From a virus (taxonomy: Duplodnaviria; Caudoviricetes): a stretch of DNA of 64,000 bases. Below the pieces are notes generated by a model. It was not told the DNA's origin. It made no database searches and worked only from the letters and a program-made list of their open reading frames with translations. Below are positions 44,083-53,043 of this stretch, piece after piece (the first letter of the stretch is position 1; the number at the start of each line of letters is the position of its first letter). The position numbers were made by a program, and so were the translations under genes. The DNA lies in IMG/VR virus record IMGVR_UViG_3300044267_003893, positions 22,071-86,070 of that record. One strand, given 5' to 3'.

Positions 44083-44152
44083 AATTAATAAATTTATTAA
44101 ATAAACATTGAGGCCTTAAAAGGCCAATAAACAAACAAGAAGGTTTTATATA

Positions 44153-44165
44153 ATAATATACGAAA
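44153..44165 (-). promoter_or_regulatory. Late promoter-like motif TTTCGTATATTAT
   Basis: Upstream of the auxiliary capsid gene. Confidence 0.6.
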
Positions 44166-44187
44166 AATAAATAAAACTCTTTGTATA

Positions 44188-45855
44188 TTAATTATTTTTT
44201 TCAGCAGCCTGTTCTCCTCTTACCATTTGATTTGCATCACTTATATCACCTGCAAGAGTTGAAACAGCACTATCTATAATTATTTCTACTATATCATCTT
44301 TAAATTCAGAAGATATATCAGCAGCAACTGTATTTCCAGTATAAGGATCAACAGAACCTGCAATTTGAATTCTTCTAGGAGTTCTATAATAAATAAGAAC
44401 AGGATCCATTACATAAAAATTTCTTCTCCAAATTCTTAATCCTGCTGTAGGTCCTTCTTCACCACCTTTTCCTTGAAATGTACAAAACGTTTCACACCAT
44501 TCAAAATCAGGTCTTTTTAATGGATCTCTTAGTATAACATCTGTATTAGCTACTTCTGATTGATAAACAGTCATTGTTCTAGGTACAACACAAAAATTAT
44601 TTGGATTTGTACCTGGAGCACAATAACATTTGTCTATAGTCAAACCAGGTCTAGTTACATCAATTTGATATTCAGTGGTTGTACCTTCAACATATTCTCC
44701 TTGAGAGTTCATTGTATAACCAACATCTCCCCAAGCATCCGGAGCAGTATCTTGAACTGCAGTACTTTCAAAAGCATCTGTTTGAAAATTATTTAAAGAT
44801 AAAGTTTGTATTTCAACTGAAGTAGGATTAAACCAACATCCACTTAAAGTACAAAGACCATTACCATTATTAAATATATTTGGTACAGTATTTACCCAAG
44901 TATTTTGTAGATTACCATAATTATATTGATCTATATTAATTGTTCCCTGACCAGATAAACTAGGAATAGCATTAAATGTAGCTGGTACTTCACTACAATC
45001 AATATATTCATTATGAGGTCCTCCAACTAAGTAACCAGCAGTAGATTGATTACACATAGTAGTTAATAGAGTTGTATCTGCTAATATATCTCCTGCAGTT
45101 ATATTACAATAATTACAAGCTGTACTTAAATCACCATTAGTATGAAATGGTAATATTATATTAGTATTATAAACATTAGTGCCTAAACCGTCACTAAACC
45201 ACATACCTATTTCATTTATATTATGTTCCCAAGGTTGTTGTGTAACTATTTCTGTTGGTTGAATTGTAGGAGTTGAATCTCCAACAGCACCATAGCTACC
45301 CCAAGTAGAAACTACATTACCAGTAAAACCAGTAAGATCTGTAGAGGTATTTCCATTAGTTGTAAATGTAAATACCCTAAGATTAAATAACTCATCATAA
45401 GTTAATGTCATATCAGGTAACCAATAACCTTGTGTTGTATTAACTAAATCTAAAGTTTCTGTATTAGAAGTAATAGAGACACCTCCGTTAGATGGAAAAC
45501 ATTGTTGTGCTGCACACTCAACTTTTTTAAATTCTAAATAATCACCCCCTGCTTCAGGATCATAAATATCTGAAAAGTTAGTACAATTAAAATATCCAAA
45601 TTCAGAATTATATTGAACATCAACACCTTCAAGTTTAACTGTTTTTAAAAGAAGACTGAGATCATCTATTCTTCGTTTAGACATCTCATCTCCTTCCTTA
45701 CGCATATTGGTTCCTGCTAGTTGCCTTCTACACCATTCTAATTGTGCTTTATTAAAGGCTTCTGCAATTTCCCAAGATTTAATATTATCATAGTCTTGAC
45801 TATCAATTTTATTTAATCTTTGCTTAAACTTTACTTGTAAGGTGTTATTATTCAT
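44188..45855 (-). CDS. Ring/neck protein with a large internal insertion, 555 aa
   Basis: Conserved-looking ends (FKQRLNKIDSQDYDN...NKAQLEWCRRQ; PDFEWCETFCT; YYRTPRRIQIAG) flank about 290 aa of N/T/G-rich beta-type sequence. Confidence 0.6.
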   Translation of the reverse strand: MNNNTLQVKFKQRLNKIDSQDYDNIKSWEIAEAFNKAQLEWCRRQLAGTNMRKEGDEMSKRRIDDLSLLLKTVKLEGVDVQYNSEFGYFNCTNFSDIYDPEAGGDYLEFKKVECAAQQCFPSNGGVSITSNTETLDLVNTTQGYWLPDMTLTYDELFNLRVFTFTTNGNTSTDLTGFTGNVVSTWGSYGAVGDSTPTIQPTEIVTQQPWEHNINEIGMWFSDGLGTNVYNTNIILPFHTNGDLSTACNYCNITAGDILADTTLLTTMCNQSTAGYLVGGPHNEYIDCSEVPATFNAIPSLSGQGTINIDQYNYGNLQNTWVNTVPNIFNNGNGLCTLSGCWFNPTSVEIQTLSLNNFQTDAFESTAVQDTAPDAWGDVGYTMNSQGEYVEGTTTEYQIDVTRPGLTIDKCYCAPGTNPNNFCVVPRTMTVYQSEVANTDVILRDPLKRPDFEWCETFCTFQGKGGEEGPTAGLRIWRRNFYVMDPVLIYYRTPRRIQIAGSVDPYTGNTVAADISSEFKDDIVEIIIDSAVSTLAGDISDANQMVRGEQAAEKNN

Positions 45856-46962
45856 TTATCTTGACCATTGATGTTCAACTTTTTCTAAAATATACATTAA
45901 TACTTCATCATTTAAAGGACTAGATAAAAATTGCAAAGCGTCATCCATAGTTCTTCCTAATCTCTCACCTTTATCTGTATAAATAAACCCATCTGATTTA
46001 TCCATCAAAATTCTATAATATCTAGCATCTGCTAATACAGCTGCTAATTTTATCTCTTCCATTGAAGATTTAGAAGTTTCTAAAAATATTTGAGCAGCTC
46101 TATTTCTATTTCTTTCTGATCCTTCACCATGTATGTATGCATCCATATCTTCATAAATTACATCATTAGGTGTTGAATTAGTATATCCCTCATATGTCTC
46201 AAGTACTTTTGCAACATATCTTAATTTTGTAGGATTACTATCATACAAATTCTGTAATGCTGCAAGAGCTCTATTTCTAACTTTAGAAGTTTTAGTTCTA
46301 GTATCAACTGTATCTTTTAAATTATCTAAGTAAAATTTACAACCGCTACCTCTTCTTTTAGCTTCTTCTAAATTTTTTGCAACAATAGAAAATCCACCAG
46401 CTTCAATTGCAAAGATCTTTATTAAATCATAAGGATCTTTTTTTGGATCTAAATACATAGGATCATTTCCAATCCTTACACTTATTTTAGACCAAAATTC
46501 ATCATTGTTAGGTCTAAGTAACTTTACTTTATTCCAAAATTCTGGATCATCTACTTTAAGAACATTTTGTGCTAATTCTTTTTCTAATTCAGCAACAGCA
46601 GTTCTTATTTGTTTTACTTTAGCACTTCTTTTTGAAGACTCAAGTTGTTTAATTTCTGGAGCAAATTCATTTAATCCTGTAATATATCTTCTTACTCCAT
46701 TAATATCTAAACAAGTTAATTGTTCTTCATGAAATACATTATCATAAAGAGATAACCCGTAACTTTCTAATCCCATGTTTTCTGCATCTGTAACAAAAGG
46801 ACGTATTGCTATATTTTGATTTTTATCTTGTTGATACTTTTCAATCATTGTAAAATCTTCCATTGAAACTTCAGGTTCAGTGAAAGTTGGAGCAGTAGTT
46901 TCTATTGTATCAACTTGAGTATTTTCTACCACTTCTTTTTCAGTTGTTTTTTTCTTTGCCAT
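45856..46962 (-). CDS. Conserved crAss-like protein immediately downstream of the MCP gene
   Basis: 368 aa; RYITGLNEFAPE and DPYDLIK motifs; synteny. Confidence 0.55.
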   Translation of the reverse strand: MAKKKTTEKEVVENTQVDTIETTAPTFTEPEVSMEDFTMIEKYQQDKNQNIAIRPFVTDAENMGLESYGLSLYDNVFHEEQLTCLDINGVRRYITGLNEFAPEIKQLESSKRSAKVKQIRTAVAELEKELAQNVLKVDDPEFWNKVKLLRPNNDEFWSKISVRIGNDPMYLDPKKDPYDLIKIFAIEAGGFSIVAKNLEEAKRRGSGCKFYLDNLKDTVDTRTKTSKVRNRALAALQNLYDSNPTKLRYVAKVLETYEGYTNSTPNDVIYEDMDAYIHGEGSERNRNRAAQIFLETSKSSMEEIKLAAVLADARYYRILMDKSDGFIYTDKGERLGRTMDDALQFLSSPLNDEVLMYILEKVEHQWSR

Positions 46963-47001
46963 TATTTAAAGGTTTTAAAAGTTTTTAAAATTAATTTAAA
47001 T

Positions 47002-47030
47002 TTAAAAGAGGGACCGTTAAGATCCCTCTT
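47002..47030 (-). terminator. Intrinsic terminator after the major capsid gene
   Basis: Minus strand AAGAGGGATC-ttaac-GGTCCCTCTTTT. Confidence 0.8.
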
Positions 47031-47045
47031 CTAAATAAGAACATA

Positions 47046-48683
47046 TTAGAATGATCCACCTGTTGTAGGATTCTTCATAACTATCTTCAATACCTTGGTA
47101 GGGTCTTTTACCCATATTGCCGGCATGGTTTGAGTCATATAAACTCTATAGCCATTGAATTGTCCAGAAGATTGGAATCCTTGAGTTCTTCCCATATAAT
47201 CCATAGTTCCATTTTGGTAGAACCATTTTAATTGATTATCCCAATTTAATTTCAATAAGTGAATATTGTCATTTCCTTGGTCTGTTACATCAAAGATTAT
47301 AAATGAATAAGAACTTAGAGGTCTTCCATCAATAAGAGGATTTTCAACATCATTAGTATGTAAGTTATCAAAAGCTGGATTCAGAACAAATTTTACATTT
47401 GCTAAGAATGGAATTACAAATGATGTAAATGACCATCCATAACCCATATCCATACCTTGACCTGTAACTGCACCAACATTATCAGCATTGATTACCCACG
47501 GATTACCTTGTCCATTATTGATCATACTAACATCATCTTTAATAGCTTTGTTAATCAGTTGCATACCACCGATACCTGTTTGTACAATTAATGATCTTTG
47601 TGGATCTGGTCCATCTAATTCAACTTTACCTTGATAGAAGTTATAAAGTTCAGACTTGAACATATCCAAGTTGAATGAAGCTTTATTATAAACTCTTTTA
47701 AATGAGTTGTCTAATTGTCTCCAAAGACCCACTGATAATCTAATATCATCTGGACCATCTTGTTTAACTCTACCTCCACGTCCCCACATTAGGTACGTTT
47801 CAATATCAGTTGCTATCTTAGAAAGATGAGCAGCTTCCATATTAGTAAGGAAAGTTCTAGAAAGATCACCGTTGTCAAACGCTCTTCTTACATAATCAGG
47901 ACCCATTATTTCTACCATTGATTCTAATGAAGAAACAGAAGGATCTATTTGTCTGTCAAATGATCTCCAAATCTCAGTAACAGGAATAGTACCATCAGCA
48001 TTCATTCCTCCTTTGATCATAAGATCAGCTCTAGAAGAAATAGAATAATGAACATGTGCTTCAGCTCCTCCTACAAAATTGTAGAATTCTCTGAAACCTG
48101 TTGAAGTTGTAAGATCTGAAAATCTTTCACCATATTCGCCACGTGCAGAACCTTTTCTAAAATATTTAGTTCCTGGCTTAAGATAAGTTGCCCTATCAAA
48201 AGTTGTAGCATTTGCATTGTTTACCATTTGAACAGTGTACACCCATCCTTCACCTGCTTCATAAATATCATCAGCCGTAATGTAAAGTTCAGCACCATTA
48301 TACTTATCATAAGTAATAATGTCACCATGACCGAATGCTCTTTTACTAAGCATAATTTTAAATGTTGTACCGTCAGCACCAAAATAAGTACCTCCTGTTT
48401 CTATATCTTTAACGATATATGGTAAATCTTGAGTAACGGGAGTTTGCCACTTATACTCACCTCTAGCATTATCCACCATAATTGTATTCTGACCACCAAA
48501 AGATGCTAATTGATATAAAGGCATTTCTACCTTTTGAACTTGCGCCCAAATATCAATAGGACCCATATCCATGGGTTCAGTGTCCCCAAGCATATTTGTC
48601 AAGTGATAAGAATCAACATGTGAACTAGCTTTATAGTTTGTATCACGTAGGAAAATCCCATTATTTAAAACTGGAGTTGCCAT
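47046..48683 (-). CDS. Major capsid protein (crAss-like)
   Basis: 545 aa after portal and scaffold, with a dedicated terminator and codon bias typical of high expression. Motifs LMWGRGG, LSVGLWRQL, VQTGIGG and VKFVLNPAFD. Confidence 0.88.
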   Translation of the reverse strand: MATPVLNNGIFLRDTNYKASSHVDSYHLTNMLGDTEPMDMGPIDIWAQVQKVEMPLYQLASFGGQNTIMVDNARGEYKWQTPVTQDLPYIVKDIETGGTYFGADGTTFKIMLSKRAFGHGDIITYDKYNGAELYITADDIYEAGEGWVYTVQMVNNANATTFDRATYLKPGTKYFRKGSARGEYGERFSDLTTSTGFREFYNFVGGAEAHVHYSISSRADLMIKGGMNADGTIPVTEIWRSFDRQIDPSVSSLESMVEIMGPDYVRRAFDNGDLSRTFLTNMEAAHLSKIATDIETYLMWGRGGRVKQDGPDDIRLSVGLWRQLDNSFKRVYNKASFNLDMFKSELYNFYQGKVELDGPDPQRSLIVQTGIGGMQLINKAIKDDVSMINNGQGNPWVINADNVGAVTGQGMDMGYGWSFTSFVIPFLANVKFVLNPAFDNLHTNDVENPLIDGRPLSSYSFIIFDVTDQGNDNIHLLKLNWDNQLKWFYQNGTMDYMGRTQGFQSSGQFNGYRVYMTQTMPAIWVKDPTKVLKIVMKNPTTGGSF

Positions 48684-48728
48684 AATTAAATTCTTTTTTT
48701 ATTTGTTAAACATTAATTAAATTATATA

Positions 48729-50057
48729 TTAAAACCTTTTAAATATATTTTTACTTCTTGGTAGTTTTCTTGTACCACCTTTATTTGTTTTTTCTTTACT
48801 TTCTATACTTGCTGCAGAACTTGCTTTTTGTGATTGAGCTGTTTTTAACTTTCTCACTGTTTTTTCTGTAGCAACTGTTTCACCCTTCTCCATCAATTTT
48901 TCTTTGTATCCTTTTGGATCTGCTAATAACCATAATGCTTCAGTTATTAACGGATAGTTTGGTTCAACAAACTGATACTTTTCAAGAAGGTGTCCTAACA
49001 AGTTTGTATTTTTTCCTGTTATAGATGGATAAGACGGTTCTACTAATCCATTATATAACAAAGATTGAGTCTTTCTATCTACTTTAATTTCATTAATCTC
49101 ACCACCTTTTAAAGTCTCATATACATTTGCCATGTATTTTTCAGAAGCTTGTTGTTGTTGTTTCTTCTTCATTTCTTGCTCTTGCAATCTTTTTGCAACA
49201 ACTTTTTCTTGCATCTTATCTAACTTTGGTTTAAATTTAGAAGCTTGTTTTTCAAGTTTTCCTAAATCTTTCCAAATTTCAATTTCTTCAGCAATCTCTT
49301 CTGAACTACCATAACCCGTTGCGCCTAAGTATTCTCTAATTATACGCTCTTGATCTTTTTCTTTTTTTATGTCTAAAGCTCTACTTTCTTCTACTTTTGA
49401 TAAAGCTCCAAACAATCCTCTTAAATCTTTACCTCCATCTGCTACATATCTAGCAGCTATTTGTAATTCTTCAGGTAAACTTTTAAAAAACTGTTTAGGT
49501 GTTTCTTGTCTAACCTGATTTACTCTTTCATCTAAATTAGCTTGAATTAATTCTTCCCAATCTTTTGGACTATAGTCATCAAGCTCTTTATCATCATCAA
49601 AAGGAATTATTTTTTCATCTTTAATAAGTTTAGAAAAAACATCACTAATTCCTTCTATTTTCTTTCTTCCTTTTTTAGTAGGTTGTTCTATTACTTCTTC
49701 ACTTTCTTCTAATTCTTTTAATCCTAAAACTTCTTCAACATCAACCTTTTCTTTAGGTTCTTGTGCTTTAGTAGTAGTTTTACTTTCTTCTTTCTTTTTT
49801 TCAACAACCTCATCTTTTATTTCTTCTTTTACCTCCTCCTTTACTTCTTCCTGTGGTTGTTCTTTTTTACTTTCATATAAGAAACTAGTATCAACAGGTT
49901 TCTTTCTACTGAAAATATTTGGTTTCTTTTCTTCAGTTGTAGTTTCTTCTGGCAGCGTTATTGAGTCTCCTCCTGGTGCTGCGTTAAAAATATCATTAAG
50001 GTCAACATCAACTTGTTCAACCTTTGTATCAACTATTTTGGTTTCTTTTTCAGCCAT
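48729..50057 (-). CDS. Capsid scaffolding protein (putative)
   Basis: Acidic, K/E-rich coiled-coil protein located between the portal and MCP genes. Confidence 0.7.
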   Translation of the reverse strand: MAEKETKIVDTKVEQVDVDLNDIFNAAPGGDSITLPEETTTEEKKPNIFSRKKPVDTSFLYESKKEQPQEEVKEEVKEEIKDEVVEKKKEESKTTTKAQEPKEKVDVEEVLGLKELEESEEVIEQPTKKGRKKIEGISDVFSKLIKDEKIIPFDDDKELDDYSPKDWEELIQANLDERVNQVRQETPKQFFKSLPEELQIAARYVADGGKDLRGLFGALSKVEESRALDIKKEKDQERIIREYLGATGYGSSEEIAEEIEIWKDLGKLEKQASKFKPKLDKMQEKVVAKRLQEQEMKKKQQQQASEKYMANVYETLKGGEINEIKVDRKTQSLLYNGLVEPSYPSITGKNTNLLGHLLEKYQFVEPNYPLITEALWLLADPKGYKEKLMEKGETVATEKTVRKLKTAQSQKASSAASIESKEKTNKGGTRKLPRSKNIFKRF

Positions 50058-50088
50058 GGTTATTTGTTGTTTTAATTGTTATACATAT

Positions 50089-50107
50089 ATAATATACAAA
50101 AGATTTA
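50089..50107 (-). promoter_or_regulatory. Late promoter-like motif TAAATCTTTTGTATATTAT upstream of the scaffold/MCP genes
   Basis: An identical 19-mer occurs at 40144-40162; this copy is 32 nt upstream of the ATG. Confidence 0.7.
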
Positions 50108-50165
50108 TAACTAAACCTTAAAAATTTTTTTCAATTTAAAAAATTATTACAGTATATAGCTATAA

Positions 50166-52937
50166 TTACTTTTTCTTCTTATCATCACTCTTTTTTTTGG
50201 TAGATTCAACATCATACTTATTTTTATTTTCACGTGCAATTTCTAGATTTTTATTAGCAATTTCTCTTTGAGTTGCTAATTTTTCTCTATCAATATTCAT
50301 TTTTGCTTGATCATTAGCATTTTTAGTGGCAGCTTCTTGTCTTTTAAAATTCATTTGCTCTCTATATTCATCTCTTTTACGCATATCTTGCATTGCATCT
50401 TTAAAGTCACTTTGCATATTTTGATCAATATCAACCTGTGATCCATAACTTGCAGCTCTTATTTCAGCAACCATAAGATCTTTCTTACGGTTCTCAGCAT
50501 TTTCTTTACTTTGGAATTCACGTTCTGCTTGCTTCTCTTGAGCTTGAGCTTGAATTTGTTCTTGCTGCATTTTTTGTTGTTGCTGCATTTCTGCTTGTTT
50601 TTGTTCTTTTTGTTTAGCTTCAGAATCTTTAAGTATATCTGTAACTTCAGCAATAGAATCAGCTTTAATAATACTTCCAAGATCATATATACTCGCTCCT
50701 GCTGTATTATTTTGAATAGCTAATTGTTTCAATTGATCTAATATTGCTCTATGATTTGTTCTTGTTGTACAGAAAATATTAAATTCTCTCATTAATAAAT
50801 CTTTACCATTCATTTGGAAATTAACTTTTTCTGCTTCACTAGATATATAATTTAATCTAATACTTGGTGCACTACTATGATAATATTGAGAAACATCTGT
50901 TCTCATTTGATGTACTCTTGGCATTAGATTATCTGAATGTTGTACAAAATACATTTCAGTTTGAGCAAAAGATTGTTGCATTGCTTGCTGTACTCCAGTT
51001 GCAGTTTGTCTTGCAATCTCTTGTCCCATTCTTTGTTGATTAACACCAATAGCTTCAAATGCTTGTTGTTTAAAATGATTTGCTAATTGAATTCTAGACA
51101 TTAATCTATTTGTTTGTTCCATATTTAATGTCTGATAATGATTAAAGTTTGTAGCATTTTCTGTGTTAGTAATGGAAGTATCTAGTGGTAACATTCCAAA
51201 ATCTTTCATTGCTACATATGCTTTAGCCATATTATTCTTACCCCAGTCTTCTCCCATAGAATGACGTGGTAATGCATTTTGATCAAACATAATTACAGTA
51301 CCAAGTTCATCTACAAGTATATCAGCTATCTGATTATTTACCATATTATAACCAACTTGATATGCTTTCATAAGATCAACAAGTGAAGTAGATCTAGTAT
51401 TTCTATCAGAGAATACTCTACCTTCTACTGGAAGTTTACATCCGTATAAAGAATTTTCTCCTTTAAATTGAAATTGAAGTCTACCAGGTTTAGTTGCATT
51501 AATACCAACATATATTGGATTTAATTCTGTTGCTGTTTGTCTCCATGTTGCTGGCATATTAGGTCCAATTTTAACACCTCCCCATACTTCATTAATCCAT
51601 ATCCAGTCTATATGTTCTCCATATGCAAGATTATCTCTTGTTTTATCTTTAAATAAATTTGTATTATAAACAGGTTTTTCTGAAAGTTTAAAGTTTTCAT
51701 CAACAACTTTTTGAATAACTTTTCCATTTTCCATTACACGTGTTAAATGTCCAACTTTTCTTTGTGTTTTCCAATAAGCTGTTGTAACTCTTAACATATT
51801 TCTTTCACCCCATAATGCTACATCTTCACCTTCATTTAAAATCCATTTAACTATATCATTACCTGCATCAGGTGAATTTTGCCAATTACTAACAAATTGT
51901 CTATAACCTAATGAAGGCATATCTGTATTCCATTTGTGTGATCTAGTAGGATCATAAAATGTTCCATCATTTTGATAACCTTGTATATTATACTTTACAT
52001 TTTTAGCAGGATAAATCTTTTCTAATGAACTTAATTGTTTTTCAGTCATAAGATATCCAAATGAATCTACAACATCAGAAACTGTCATCATTTCACATTT
52101 ACCAACATAATTAGAATCTGATATATATCTAGCATCAGGAGACTTTTGATAAAATGTTAAAGCTGGATTCCATAATTCAACATGATAATCATCTTCCATC
52201 ATTTTAAAATGCCAGAATTCTCTATCACAAATAAGCATATCCCTAAAACCTCTTTCTTCTAGTTCATACATTTTAAATCTTTCTTCATCAACTGTTAATT
52301 GGTGAGAAGCCCATTCTTCAACCATACTTCTATAATCTTTAGAAAAGAAATCTTCTATTTCTGGAAGTGTTTTAAGCTTATTAGGATCAAGATGTTCTTT
52401 AGCTTCTTTAGATTTAGGATCCATACCCATCTTAACCATCCTCATTGTTACCTTTGCCTTAGCATCTGCTAAAAGAGTATCTTCAACCATTTTTCTTTTT
52501 GATTCAAGCATCTCATTATATGACAAATCATCAACAGCTCTAAATTGTACTTTTGTAAATCTTTTAGAAAATTCTCCTGTAAGAACATTTATTACATTTG
52601 GTATAATAGGATAGAATTTAAGTTCTAAAGCAGAATCATCTGATTTAGTTAATACATCCATAAGATCTTTATAATCATTATCTTCTTCAACTATATAATC
52701 AGTTTTATCAATAATACCTTTTGCTAATTTATAATTTTTAAGAACTTTTCTAGAAGTTTTTCTTAAATACTCCATACCTTCTAATTCTAACCAGTCTAAA
52801 TTCCAAGCCGCCCAAGAATCATCTTTTTTCTTAGCTGGTAAAAACTGTACAGGTTGCGTCAAACTAGCTGTAGAAGGATAATCCTTGCTATCAGCCTTAG
52901 CACCTTTTTTCATTTGTAAGGCATTAAGTACTCTCAT
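50166..52937 (-). CDS. Portal protein
   Basis: 923 aa after terminase. FYPIIPNVINVLTGEFSKR and WIWINEVWGGVKIG motifs; Q/E/K coiled-coil C-terminus. Confidence 0.88.
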   Translation of the reverse strand: MRVLNALQMKKGAKADSKDYPSTASLTQPVQFLPAKKKDDSWAAWNLDWLELEGMEYLRKTSRKVLKNYKLAKGIIDKTDYIVEEDNDYKDLMDVLTKSDDSALELKFYPIIPNVINVLTGEFSKRFTKVQFRAVDDLSYNEMLESKRKMVEDTLLADAKAKVTMRMVKMGMDPKSKEAKEHLDPNKLKTLPEIEDFFSKDYRSMVEEWASHQLTVDEERFKMYELEERGFRDMLICDREFWHFKMMEDDYHVELWNPALTFYQKSPDARYISDSNYVGKCEMMTVSDVVDSFGYLMTEKQLSSLEKIYPAKNVKYNIQGYQNDGTFYDPTRSHKWNTDMPSLGYRQFVSNWQNSPDAGNDIVKWILNEGEDVALWGERNMLRVTTAYWKTQRKVGHLTRVMENGKVIQKVVDENFKLSEKPVYNTNLFKDKTRDNLAYGEHIDWIWINEVWGGVKIGPNMPATWRQTATELNPIYVGINATKPGRLQFQFKGENSLYGCKLPVEGRVFSDRNTRSTSLVDLMKAYQVGYNMVNNQIADILVDELGTVIMFDQNALPRHSMGEDWGKNNMAKAYVAMKDFGMLPLDTSITNTENATNFNHYQTLNMEQTNRLMSRIQLANHFKQQAFEAIGVNQQRMGQEIARQTATGVQQAMQQSFAQTEMYFVQHSDNLMPRVHQMRTDVSQYYHSSAPSIRLNYISSEAEKVNFQMNGKDLLMREFNIFCTTRTNHRAILDQLKQLAIQNNTAGASIYDLGSIIKADSIAEVTDILKDSEAKQKEQKQAEMQQQQKMQQEQIQAQAQEKQAEREFQSKENAENRKKDLMVAEIRAASYGSQVDIDQNMQSDFKDAMQDMRKRDEYREQMNFKRQEAATKNANDQAKMNIDREKLATQREIANKNLEIARENKNKYDVESTKKKSDDKKKK

Positions 52938-52938
52938 A

Positions 52939-53043
52939 TTATTTTTTATTTATTGTATATTTAATAGATACCTTTCCATAAGATGATGTAGTTGTCCAGT
53001 TTGATATATATCCTGTTGAAGTGGTTGTCCAATATTTACTCAT
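52939..53043 (-). CDS. Small 34-aa ORF (MSKYWTTTSTGYISNWTTTSSYGKVSIKYTINKK), not in the ORF track
   Basis: The ATG directly abuts the terminase TAA, and the stop lies 1 nt before the portal ATG, so it fills the gap exactly. Confidence 0.5.
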   Translation of the reverse strand: MSKYWTTTSTGYISNWTTTSSYGKVSIKYTINKK

